DNA of 43,946 nt from Reclinomonas americana ATCC 50394 (Eukaryota). The stretch is from contig PS015361.1 of the NCBI GenBank assembly GCA_048213135.1, positions 1 through 43,946 of the forward strand, given 5' to 3'. Of the stretch, positions 25,773-36,949 are shown in pieces (the stretch's first letter is position 1; the number at the start of each line of letters is the position of its first letter). A program made the position numbers and the translations under genes. Below the pieces are notes generated by a model. It saw nothing but the letters and a program-made list of their open reading frames with translations, searched no databases and was not told the origin of the DNA.

Positions 25773-27109
25773 TGGAGTGCGGCTGACATACCTCGTTGCA
25801 GGAACTGCAGGNNNNNNNNNNNNNNNNNNNNCTTCCTGCTGCACACGTGGTGACTGAGTGCTTGATTCGCTTACGCAGTTGGTGTCGGTGCGACGGGAGC
25901 TGCGCGACCTGCGCTGGAAGTCGGAAGATGATCGCTCACAGCTGCTGAGCACTGTGGGCGAGTACCTTGCCGAGCACGACCGCTGTGTGTACCGCTTGCA
26001 CCTCCTGCTGGAACAGGTGCTGAATTTGACCGCTGCCCCGGGCACCATCACCACCGTGCTGGAGCCACGACCCAATGTCAATCCAGTGGTGGCCACCGCC
26101 AGTTTGTTGCGTGGGCTTGCGCCGCGTGAAGAGCATTGCTTTTTGCTAACCCAGAGTGCGCAGGCTGGAGCAAGTCAATGGCCTCCTCTCGACGCAGCTG
26201 ACAAAAGAGGTGGCGCAGCTGTCGGCAGCCGCAACCAACGCCGCACCTGTGCGCTACGGTGATGATGTGGAGAGTGCCGGTGGCGACGGTGAGGGAAGAC
26301 CACATTCGTCGGAGAAGAGGAATGGAGCGGAGGGGGCGGCAGGCGATGCGGGGAGCGAGAGTTCAGAGTCGGAGGACAGTGACGAAGACGGCGACGCGGC
26401 AGGCGACGGTGCCTCCAAGGCCAGCAGTGTGCGCATCACCGAGGGCAACTCAGAGCTGCTATCCCGCCCTTCGCTGACGACGCGCCTGAGAAGAATACTC
26501 GAGCAGCTCGACATTCCACGTGGCAAGGTCTGTGACTGTCACACGCGCTGCACGTTGATGAAAATCCCATCGACTCACCGTGTCGTCAACAGGAGCTGGT
26601 GGCCATCATTGTGGAGCTACGTCGACGCTTCCAGGAGCTCCAGGCACAGTACGAGCACGAGCGCCGACGAGTGGCATCGCGTGTCGGCGCCGTGCGCAAC
26701 GAGATGAGTCTGATTGCGGTGGAACGCGACACGCTGGCCATGTCGCTCAACAAGGACCACCGACTGTTGCTGCTCAAGTCGCTGCCGTGAGTACAGTGCG
26801 AATCGGTCAACAGGCTGCAGTGTCCATCGAATTTCTGAGTCTCCCCTTGGTGCGCAGGTTGGCACCTCCGTCTGGCGACGGAAAGAGTGTGGTGGAGCCG
26901 GGCTCGCCACCAGCCGAGTTGAAAATGCCCGAGGGCGTCGATTTTGGTGAGCGTGCTAAGTGGTCGTGTGTTCAATGGAAGTTTCGCTGACGTTCTGTGG
27001 TGGCGCAGGCAACGATCTGAATGACCTCATGGTGCGCAAGGATCAACCGCAACCCAAGGGCGGCGACACAGAGGATTCATACAGCAGCGACGACGACATT
27101 GGGGATTGA
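24414..27109 (+). CDS. Multi-exon coiled-coil protein of unknown function; exons at 25538-25811 are on an inverted contig
   Basis: Ser/Ala/Pro-rich N-terminus, then heptad-rich exons (RSRLEAELEASKTVIRKLTTRVNEL, RRELRDLRWK, LRRRFQELQAQYEHERRR) joined by phase-compatible GT-AG introns. TGA at 27107-27109. Confidence 0.65.
25538..25811 (-). other. Second gap-flanked inverted contig
   Basis: Plus-strand ...CGC GCC CG (25517) joins the reverse complement C CTG CAG TTC... in frame (RARLQFLQR|DNEELRSRIAGLERDCDEL...RTKE). 20-N gaps lie on each side. Confidence 0.85.
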
Positions 27110-27158
27110 TGTGACAACAACTACAACAGCAAACAACAACAACAAATACAATGTTCTT

Positions 27159-29238
27159 TTACAATTCAGTCGCCTTGATGTACTCTCGCATCATCTCGAA
27201 ACACGCTTGTGGTTGATCGGCCGGAGCCTGCGACCACAATGTGGGGGTACGTTGGCTGATTATGACAAAGAGAGCGCAGCGAGTCGGGTGGACGACGAAC
27301 CATGTGACCGGCATTGGCGACCACCACTTGTGTCATACCACCGGAGGTTGTGTACCAGCCGGCCGTGTTGTTGTTCACAATCCACACCTGTCGTGCGGCC
27401 GCCCGAAACGCCGCAGCTCCCGGCCACTCCAGCTTTTGCAGATAGCGATCTGTGCCCATTACTAGGAAAAGAAAGAGAGGAGGTGCGGTGAGTGGCGATG
27501 GTGTCGCGTGACACGAGAGCATAATGACGCACAGTTGCAGATGAGATCCACCTGCGGCAAATCAGCGGTGAGTAGCGCGTTTAAGGCAGAGAGCATGAGG
27601 CGGCGCACGAAACATTGCCGTTGTACACGAGCATGGGCATGGCGGCGAGAATGTCGGGCCACAGTGGCAGTGAGGTTGGAGCATTGAGATCCGGAATCAA
27701 CGCCGTCTCCACCTGCAGGCACACCACGTGCGATGGGTGCCGAGAAAAAACACAAAGTGCATGACATTGACCGACACACACCTGCGCGCCCTGAGCACCC
27801 CACGCTGGAGCACCGGGTGGAATTTGCAGTGCCTGCCGCACGTCACTCCGCGCGAGGTACTCGGCCACACGCGGATCATCTGCTGCGTTGAATTGTCGAA
27901 TGTCGTACTGCGTGGCGCGATTGTAAGCGAGGCGTCTCGACGCACCAGCCGACCATCCTTCTTCGCAACTGGAGACACATTGCCGCCGAGGGTGGTAATG
28001 GGATTCAACAGACCGTAGTAGCACGACGTGTTGAATGCGGTGATGTAATCGCCCTGATCCAGCAGTTTCTTGCAGTTTTGCGCCTGCGCCGACAGGGCCA
28101 CGAAATCCCTGCGCAACGCAGTGACTATGGTGAGATGGCGAAAGAAAAGCAGCTTCTCTACGCGATGCTTACGAACTGGGAACCAATCAGGCCATTGGCG
28201 TCTGCGCGCGCGAGAGAGAGTCAGAGAGGGAGAGAGAGTTAGAAGAGTGAGAGAGAACACATGGCGTACGTCGACTGGGAGACGCACAAGCATAGTCCGG
28301 AAACGAAAGGTTCTGCTCGATGGGCTCCACCTGTGATGGGAGCGTGGTGGTGAGTGACCAGTGGTGCTGATCGTGGCTCGGATGAATCCTCGCGCTTCGC
28401 TCTCACCCAACCGTCACCGATGGCCACCCCGGCGACGTGCAGCGGATACGAGGGACCGCGAACACGTCGCTGCTGCAACAGCTGCCACGCGATGTTGGGG
28501 GCCTGCAGGTTGTCGGTACGTGGGTATGACACACACGGTGATACGGGTTGAGCGAGCATGCACGCACCATGTGACCGGCAAACGACTCGCCCACAATGAT
28601 CAGAGGCCGCTGCGCAAACCGCGGGTGCTTCTCGCAAAAAGAGAGCAGTGCGGCCTCGGCCGCACGGCGCAACTGCACCTCGTTTTGCACGTACCCACCG
28701 CCCGTGCCGTCGTGAACCGCCGAGAAACCAGTGCCAAAGGGCTGATCGAGGTACAAGACATCGGCCAGCGCCGTCCACGACCACGGTGCCTCCTCCAGCT
28801 GCGGAGTTGCACTGCTGTCGACGCCACTGCGCTGCACACGGAACGGTCCATTCTCCGTGAACAAACCAAAGAGCGACGAGGCGCCCGGTCCACCCTGCAG
28901 CCACAGCAGCAGCGGCTTTGGCGACGATCGCGACTGCTGCTGCGACATGCTGTCCTCGATCAGCCAGTAAAAGAGCTGGCCGGGTACATTGTCGGCCACA
29001 GTGGCATTGAGACTGTGTGGCGTAGGGGTCATCAGTGACGGGGACGGGGGAGTGAGGAGGAGCACGAGGCAATGATCCGCAACAATCCGGCGTGCATGAC
29101 AAGTCGCGTCTGCAACGATGGTGGCAGGCCCGGCAGCGCTGTGATCAAGTCGGGCGATGCAGATCGGGAGGCCGTGGCATTACACAGGGAGGCCGCCACA
29201 AGGAAGGCAAGAAGCGCGACAGCTGTCGCTTGCGACAT
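27159..29238 (-). CDS. Secreted/lysosomal serine carboxypeptidase, family S10 (CPVL-like), 10 introns
   Basis: Signal peptide, then LITALPGL, HAG|FL, LFYWL, PLLLWLQGGPGASSLFGLFTENGPF, LYLDQPFGTGFS, GESFAG (Ser), AIGDGW, YNGN|VDLICN (Asp), AGHM|APADQP (His). Confidence 0.95.
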
Positions 29239-29320
29239 GAACGAACGAGGATTGGCGAGAGGACGGACATCGCTTGTCCTCTCACTTTGTGCCGACATCG
29301 ATATCATCGACAAACACGCA

Positions 29321-32300
29321 ATGGCTGGCCGAAAGGGACGCTCCAAGGTACCTGCACTGGACATCTCGTACGCACACATGCAAGCCGTGCTGCATCTGCT
29401 GTTGTTGCACCGTCATGCATTGCATGTTGATCTCTCTCTTCCTCTTCTTCTCCCCTCTCCATCGCATCCCCTAATCCCCACTCCACTCTCTTCACTGCAT
29501 GTATCACTCTCGTGCGCGCCTGGTGTGTTCTCTTTTTGTGTGCGGGTCGGTGATGTGCATCTGCACATGCACATGCACACACACTCACCCCCCTCGGCTC
29601 GCCCTGACAGGTCCGCGCGGCCGTGGACAAGAAGCGGAAGAAGAAGGGAAAGGTGTCGCCCAACTTTATGACACGCAACATGGCCATTCGCAAGCTGCAG
29701 ATCACGCTGCGCGACTTCCGCCGCCTCTGCATCATCAAGGGCGTGTATCCGCGTCAGCCGAAGAAGAAGCTCTCGGGGCGCGACAAGACCTACTACTACA
29801 CCAAGGACATTATGTTCCTCATGCACGAGCCGATTCTGCGCAAGCTGCGCGAGATCAAGGTCTCGATCATCGTCCAATCGTCTCTCTTTCGTGCTCTGAC
29901 CTTGTTCTTTGCAGGCACACAACAAGAAACTGACGCGCGCCGTCGGCCGCAGGGAGTACTCGACGGCCGACAACCTGCGTGCGCGCCGGCCAGTGTATCG
30001 CTTGGACCATGTGATTCTGGAGCGGTACCCGAACTTCCAAGATGCACTGCGCGATCTCGACGACGCCCTCAATCTCGTGCACCTGTTCGCCGCACTGCCA
30101 CCCAACTCGAGCATCAAGCAGCAGCGCATCGCCAATTGCTCGCGCCTCGCCCGTGAGTTCCAGGCCTTCGTGCTGCAGACGGGCGCTCTGCGCAAGGTCT
30201 TTGTGTCCATCAAGGGCATTTACTACCGCGCCAAGATCCTCGGCCAGGATATCACGTGGCTCGTACCGCATGCATTCACGCAACACGTATGTCGTGCGCC
30301 TCTGTCAGCAGAGAGGAGCGTGGCTCGTTGTTTTGCTGACCATTAGGCGGCGCTTGCAGGTGCCCTCGGACATCAACATGGAGGTCATGCTGACCTTCCT
30401 CGAGTTCTACGAGGTGCTTATGTGCTTTGTCAACTTCCGCCTCTACCAGTCTATTGGTCTGCGATACCCGCCACCTCTGCCCGACGATGGTCTCCACGCA
30501 CCCGGCTACGTCATTGATGCGGCGCTGAGTGCGGCAGCGGCCACAGCACCGAGCGAGGGAACTGTGTCGACCACCACCACCACCACCACCACCACCGCCG
30601 CGACAGCATCTGCTGCTGCCGCTGTGTCATCCGCTGCTGCCCGGGCTGCATCTGCGGCACGCTCCCGTACTCGGTTTGTTGGGCAGCCGTCGGTGGAGAG
30701 TGACTGGTGGGTGGTGCTGACACTCACTCGTTTACGATTGCGTGCAGTGTGGTTGACACGACGAGTGCCATGAAGACGTTGGCGGCGAAAATCTCGCAGA
30801 TTCGCAAGAAGGACTCGGGAGCTGTCGACGACGAGGACGACGTGGTGGAGATTGTCGCCTCGGCGCCGGCCTCGGACGACGAGGACAGCGACGACGACGA
30901 TGATGATGAGGAGATGGAGGATGGTGACGAGGACGAGGAAGACGAGGATGGTGAGGCGCAGGAGGACGACGATGGTGAGTGCTGTTGGTCTCCGCCCAGT
31001 GCACTGCATTCAGGGAGCTTTTTTCTTATGCTGTCCGCTGCAGTGGCGCTGTCGGAGGGCGAGATGGACGGTGAAGGGGAGGCGGAAGGCGAAGAGATGC
31101 AGCAGCCGGATGAGCTCACCGAGGGTCTTGCCACCACTGCGGAAGAGCGCACGCAGCTGCGGGGCGATGCGCAAAAGGCGCCCCAGATCTTTGCCGGTCT
31201 CAAGTTCTTCTTGAGTCGCGAGGTTTGTGTGTGTGTCCGTGTTCGTGACACTTCTCTCCCCTTTTTTTAACCTCACTTGGTTGTCGGTGTTATTGCACAG
31301 ACGCCGGTGGCCACACTCGATTTTGTGATTCGCTCCTTTGGCGGCGTTACGTCGTGGGCAGGCTGCACCATTCCTTCCGCATTTGTCGAGGGCGACTCGA
31401 GCATCACCCATGAGGTAAGATGCTGTCACTTGACGCCCTTTGGTGACCCGTATAAGCTCACCGCGCGCGCTCTCAGGTGGTGGATCGCCCGCGACAGGCG
31501 CATCGCTTCCTGTCACGCGAGTACGTGCAACCGCAGGTGAGGGCGAATCGGAGAGAAAGATTCCGTTCACGACAACCCTGACACGTGTTGTCGTTTGCGT
31601 GTAGTGGGTGTTTGACTCGGTCAATGCCCGTATTCTGCTTCCGGTGGAGCCGTACATGCCAGGTCTCGCACCACCGCCGCATTTGTCGCCGTTCGTGGAC
31701 AACCGCCGTTTGGGGTGAGTTTGCCTTCCCGTTGCTTTTGCTGTGGTTTTCTCCGACTCTTGCGCTGCGTCAGTCACGCTCACTCCCTTCGTCCCTCCCT
31801 TTCTTTTTTATGCAGATATATCCCGGAGCAGGCACTCAAAATCAAGCAGCTTATCGCCGAGAGTCGAGGCGAGCAGATTGCCAAGTTGGAAGCCGGTGCG
31901 CAACGGAGAATTCTGGGGAAGCTCGCACACGAGGACACGGCTGGTGCACTGGAGGAGGAGGACGAGGAGGAGGAGCAGGAGCGCTACGTGCGCGAGCTGC
32001 AGGCGGAGGCCGCTGGTGTGTCGTACTCGGCCGCGCAGCACCGCAAGCAGAAGAAGGCTGGAAAAGGCATGCAGGTCGACGATGATGACGAGGAGGAGCA
32101 TGGCGAAAAGGCTGCAGCGGACGGTGACGACGATGAGGAGGAGATGGCGGTCGACCCAGGTGTGTGTGTGTGTGTCTGCGCGACAGTTCTCTATTTGGTG
32201 GGTCGCATGAACTGACGACGACGACCGTTGTGCAGAAGAGGAGAAGCGCTTGGAGAAGCGACGCAAGTCTCTGGAGCGCAAGCGACATGCCGAGCATATG

Positions 32301-32456
32301 GAGGAGAAGGAGAAGAAGGACTTGCGCAAGGCCGTCATGCCCAAGAAGAAGCGCAAGCTGTTTGAGCACTTGGAGGCCAAGAAGACCAGAAGAGTCAAGG
32401 TGGTCAAGAACCTGGAGCGGAAACGTCGTGCGGTCGCCGGTGGTACTGCGCAGTGA
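29321..32456 (+). CDS. PES1: Pescadillo / Nop7 ribosome biogenesis factor with BRCT domain, 10 introns
   Basis: [133 protein letters not shown]. Confidence 0.97.
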
Positions 32457-32612
32457 ATGAGGAGCTTGCAACGTACTTGGTTATTGACGCGCACACGAAG
32501 AGCTCTCCATGTGCTTGCCCATCAAAATAGGCGAAAATGGCATCATCGGTCGCGGCATCATCGGTCGCGGCGACCGGGAAACTCGTCGTGCTTGAAAAGC
32601 TCGCTGCTTACC

Positions 32613-33007
32613 CATTTGTGGCACGGACCAACTCCGTTCCGTCACCCGCATTTTGCCGACTCGAGGAGAGCAGAAAAGGCAGACACACGTACAGAGAGAG
32701 AGAGAGAAACACACACTCGGCCAACAAACAATCTTGGGGAAATATGACAAACAGCTCGGCCGCCGCCGCCCGTCAGTGGTGCGTCCTCCTCCTTCTCTCC
32801 TGTCCTTCTGTCTGTCTGTCTGTGCGCGTTGTTGTGGTGTGTGTGATCGCACTCTCCCTCTGTGTGTGGCACGCTCAGTGGACGTACTACTGTGTGAGTT
32901 GTCAGAAAGCACTTGTCACAAATCTCCGAGTCGACCACACACACACACACTGTGAATCGATAGGCGTGTGTATGGCTGCGTTTTTTCTCTCTCCCTCCCT
33001 CCCCCCC

Positions 33008-33062
<55 letters not shown>

Positions 33063-33478
33063 NNNNNNNNNNNNNNNNNNNNCATTTGTGGCACCGACCA
33101 ACTCAACACGCATTTTGCCGACTCGAGGAGAGCAGAAAAAACACACACACACGCACAGAGAGAAACACACACTCGGCCAACAAACAATCTTGGGGAAATA
33201 TGACAAACAGCTCGGCCGCCGCCGCCCGTCAGTGGTGCGTCCTCCTCCTTCTCTTGTCCTTCTGTCTGTCTGTCGTTGCGGTGTGTGTGATCGCACTCTC
33301 CCTCTGTGTGTGGCACGCTCAGTGGGCGTACTGCTGTGTGTGGGAGGCGAGTGAGTGAGAGTGGGGAGTTGTCAGAAAGCACTTGTAACAAATCTCCGAG
33401 TCGACCACACACACACACTGTGAATCGATAGGCGTGTGTATGGCTGCGTGTTTTCTCTCTCCCTCCCTCCCTCCCTCC

Positions 33479-33510
<32 letters not shown>
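32613..33510. repeat. Imperfect direct duplication of about 430-450 bp, copies separated by a (CT)n run and a 20-N gap
   Basis: CATTTGTGGCAC...GCATTTTGCCGACTCGAGGAGAGCAGAAAA...ACTCGGCCAACAAACAATCTTGGGGAAATATGACAAACAGCTCGG...TGTGAATCGATAGGCGTGTGTATGGCTGCG...(CT)n occurs at about 32613-33062 and 33083-33510, with scattered SNPs and indels. Confidence 0.9.
33010..33062. repeat. (CT)n microsatellite; similar (GT)n/(CT)n/(GA)n tracts fill many introns
   Basis: Read directly. Other tracts at 23142-23179, 24777-24800, 25539-25567, 40543-40575 and 43257-43283. Confidence 0.9.
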
Positions 33511-33513
<3 letters not shown>

Positions 33514-34532
33514 GCCTGCACGCACATCAGCAGATGATCATCCTTGTCATCATCATCATCATCATTTTCCGTTGCCAACAAACACAACGACAGTTGCTCC
33601 GTGCACGCGTGTGTGGTTATCTCTCTATGTGTATGTGTGTCTCTGTGTGTGCGTGTGTTTTTTTTTATGATGACGTGATGTGCTTGAGTTGATTTGATTC
33701 CCGTCACTGCTGCACTGCCGTGACGTGCATACCATCACAAGTCTTTTTGCGATTACAGAAGCTGTGTTGCTGATTGTGTGAGTGCGAGCGAGAGAGTAGA
33801 AGGGTGGCAGAGGAAGGGCACGCTTCTTGCTTCTCGTTTGCCTGTCAAGTCGCTGGCGTATGGGAGAGTGAGAGAGGATTATTGTTCATGCTTTGTTTGT
33901 TGCATGCTTCGTGCTCGATGAATGAGCGGGCGCTCACGTCACCGACACTTGCTGCTGCTCTCTGGTGCACTGTTGCTGGGGGTCGTGTATTTGCCCCCCG
34001 CCCACCGTCCAGAGAAAGCAGGCGCACCTGCAGACGTCGTGTGCGCCTTTTGGTTTCCTTGTGTTGCATGTTTCTAGCCGCATCTTCTTCCCGCACATTG
34101 CTGCACGGTGTTTGTTCTTTATGGGAAGCACCGACATGTGCATCTGTGCTGCTGCTGTGTTCCCCTGCTTTTTTTTGTTGTGTGTGTGTGTGTGTGTGTG
34201 TGTCGCGGCGTGAGTTGGAGCGATGGACAACTGGTACTTAAATGTCGTCGAGCTTTCTGTCTTCCTTGCGCACACTGCAGCAGAGTGTGATTCTGCACAG
34301 AAGTGCACCTTTTTGTTTGGTTTGTGAGAGGTGTTTCCATTGCGTGTCGTGAGAAGAGACGCGTGGTCGGGCTCTGCATGTTTTGCGTGTGATCGGAGAA
34401 ACGATGCCTCACATGGAAAATAGTGCGGCCCACGTTTGGTTGTTCCACTTGCCTCTTTTTTTCCTTTTCCTCTTTTTTCATCTTTGCGGGGAGCGAGCAC
34501 CGCGGCCTTTTTTTGCACCCTTCTTACGCAGA

Positions 34533-36120
34533 ATGCTCAGGGGGCGCTTCCGCTGGACGCCTGAGCTCAACGAGGACTTTGAGGACGGCATCCGGGAGCT
34601 GGCGCGATGTGGCATTCGTGCGTAGATCCTCGCCTCTGTTGTCCACGTGTGTGGAGGTGCGACGACACTCGCCAAACTGACACGCTTGCCATAATTTGCA
34701 GAGCTCGCACCCAAGGCTCTTCGCCACGCAATGTTGCGCGTTCACCCTGAACTCGAACCACTCGGTCTCACCCTGGCGCACGTGAAGAGGTGAGTGGTGG
34801 GGGGTCCAAGTGGGCGGACGAACAACACATGGACACTTGGTGGCGTGTGCGCGTGTCGTTGTTGTGTGTGTTCACACTTATGTCGCTGGTGCACGGTGCA
34901 CGAGAGTGCAAAGTGCTCTTTACTTATCAGCTCACTGTTGTGTCATTACGTGCAGTCACCTGCAAAAGTGGAGGATTGCGTGTCGCGAAGCCAAGCATTT
35001 CCGACGTATGCCCGGCTCCAGTCCTCCCGGAGTGACTTCTGGTCGCAGGCAGATGCGCGGACCGACGTCGCGCTCGCGCTTGCTAATGTCGGCACTGGCT
35101 CATTCGACTGACGGCACCATTGTGCCATCGAACACCGCCCCTCCGATGCAATCAATGCCGACAGGTGCCGCCGTGTCGGCGACGACCGTGCCTCCCACGG
35201 CAGGCGGTGGCGACGAGTGCAAGCCTGCATTGCACAAGTACCACAGCGGCGCCTCGACTGGTCCTGTTCAGCGGTATGGCGTTCACAGCAGCAGTGGCGG
35301 TATGCCGCTGTCTGCTGTCGAGTACAGTGCGTATGCGACGCCACTTGTTGCGAACATGGGAGGGTGCTCTGGGTGTGCGGCCGAACGGCAGCCACACGAC
35401 GCTGCTGTCACCGGCACAGCGGCATCGGCGGCGACGGCCGCGGCCACTCCTTATCGCGGCCACGGCAGCCTCGGTGGCATGTCACTGACCTATGGCATCG
35501 AGGACGCCAACAGTGTCGGTGGCTCTGACGAGGACGAGGAGTATGGCGACGGTACCGGCGACGGCCGCAGCAGCGGCAGCAGTGCCCATGCCGTCACCAC
35601 CTCCACGCCGGCACCACACATGTCGCCGCGTCCGACACTCTCCATTCCCTATGGCTACGGCGGATCGCCCGCCGCTCCAGGCTTTGGTGGCGACATGCAA
35701 CAGCCGCAGCAGCAACAGCAGCAACAGACGCAGTACCATGTTCAGCAGCTTCCTCTTGCGTACCAGCAGCAGCAGCAGCAGATGACCATGTCCTGCGGTG
35801 GCAGCACGATGGCCATGCCGCCGCCTGTCATTCACCAGCCGCCGCGATTCCTCAACAGCGGGCCCTACGGTTTTTCGTCCATGCGACACATGTCTCCGCA
35901 CCAGCAGCAGCAACAGCAGCCACCGCAGCCACCGCCGTACCGCCCCCAGTACCCGACGCGCCGCCCGAAGCATCGCTCTCTCGGCAACGGAAGCGACATG
36001 TACCCACGCTCGTCGCACACAGCTGCCACCGCCTACACGACGTCGATGCCTGTCCATCCGTTTTCGCACCACCACAGCTTTGTCGGCGTGCCAGCCATGT
36101 ATCCTCCAGCCTACGTCTTT

Positions 36121-36151
<31 letters not shown>

Positions 36152-36949
36152 AGCAACAGATGCACCAACAGATGGTTCAGACGGGATTTCAGCAGCTGCA
36201 CCTTGGCCAGCCGCAGCAGTCGTCGCAGGTGCAACAGGAGGATGGCGACGAGTCGCTGTCGTCACAGCAGGCATCGTTGCCGCCGCCGCCACCGCCGCAC
36301 CAGCACCAGCAACAGCAACAGCAGCCGTGCACTTCGGCGATGCAGCTTTTGCCCGCACCTCTGCCGCCATTCTGTGGTCCCGAGGCCACCGCGCCCGCTG
36401 GCGGGTCGTTGATGAACGACTTGGAGGCAGTGGCGTCGACGGTACACGCGACAGCCACGTCGGTGGCCGAACTGATCGAGATGGACATGGAAGAGGCGGC
36501 CTCCACAACGGTTTGTGTCGATGTGCGTGTGTGATGGTGACGAAGCAGATGAAGGCGATGCTGACGTTGTTTTGGCTTTGTCTGTGCAGGGACTCACCTC
36601 CAGTCTCGACGATTTCACCTTCTTTGACGATTTGCACGTGTCGATGGACAGCTGCGCCGTGTCGCCGGCGCACGACTTGGCTTTAGCCTCCACATTCTCG
36701 ACTCCGTTCGGAACGATGCATTCGGGTATCAGTCGCTGCGGTGGCGGCAGTGGCACCGGCACCGGCACCGGCAGCAACATGAGTCTGTTTGGTGCGCCTC
36801 GCCCCACGACTCCATGCAGTGGTGGACCATGCGCCGACTTGTTCGGCACAGGCCACGGGCACGTCACCAGTGGCAGCCACAACAATGGCAACAGCGGCAC
36901 TGGTGGTGGGGTGATGTGGGGGGTGGCTGACTTGCAGGCGTCGACGTGA
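34533..36949 (+). CDS. GARP/SHAQKYF-class Myb-like transcription factor (paralogue 1) with polyQ low-complexity C-terminus, 3 introns
   Basis: MLRGRFRWTPELNEDFEDGIRELARCGI|QLAPKALRHAMLRVHPELEPLGLTLAHVK|SHLQKWRI carries the R-x-x-W-T-x-E-L, A-PK and GLT-x-x-HVKSHLQK signature. Confidence 0.85.

Noticed and set aside
350-29083. Reading the shifted donors as non-canonical G|TTGCG (TT-start) introns
   Set aside because: This needs a compensating shift past the AG and damages conserved residues: AHLSDIH becomes AHWSDIH, VSPYDIR becomes VSPDDIR, HAGF becomes HAGL. Cleavage before GT fits better.
32537-33418. ORFs within the duplicated segment
   Set aside because: They are dominated by microsatellite translation, indels differ between the copies, and there is no recognisable domain.
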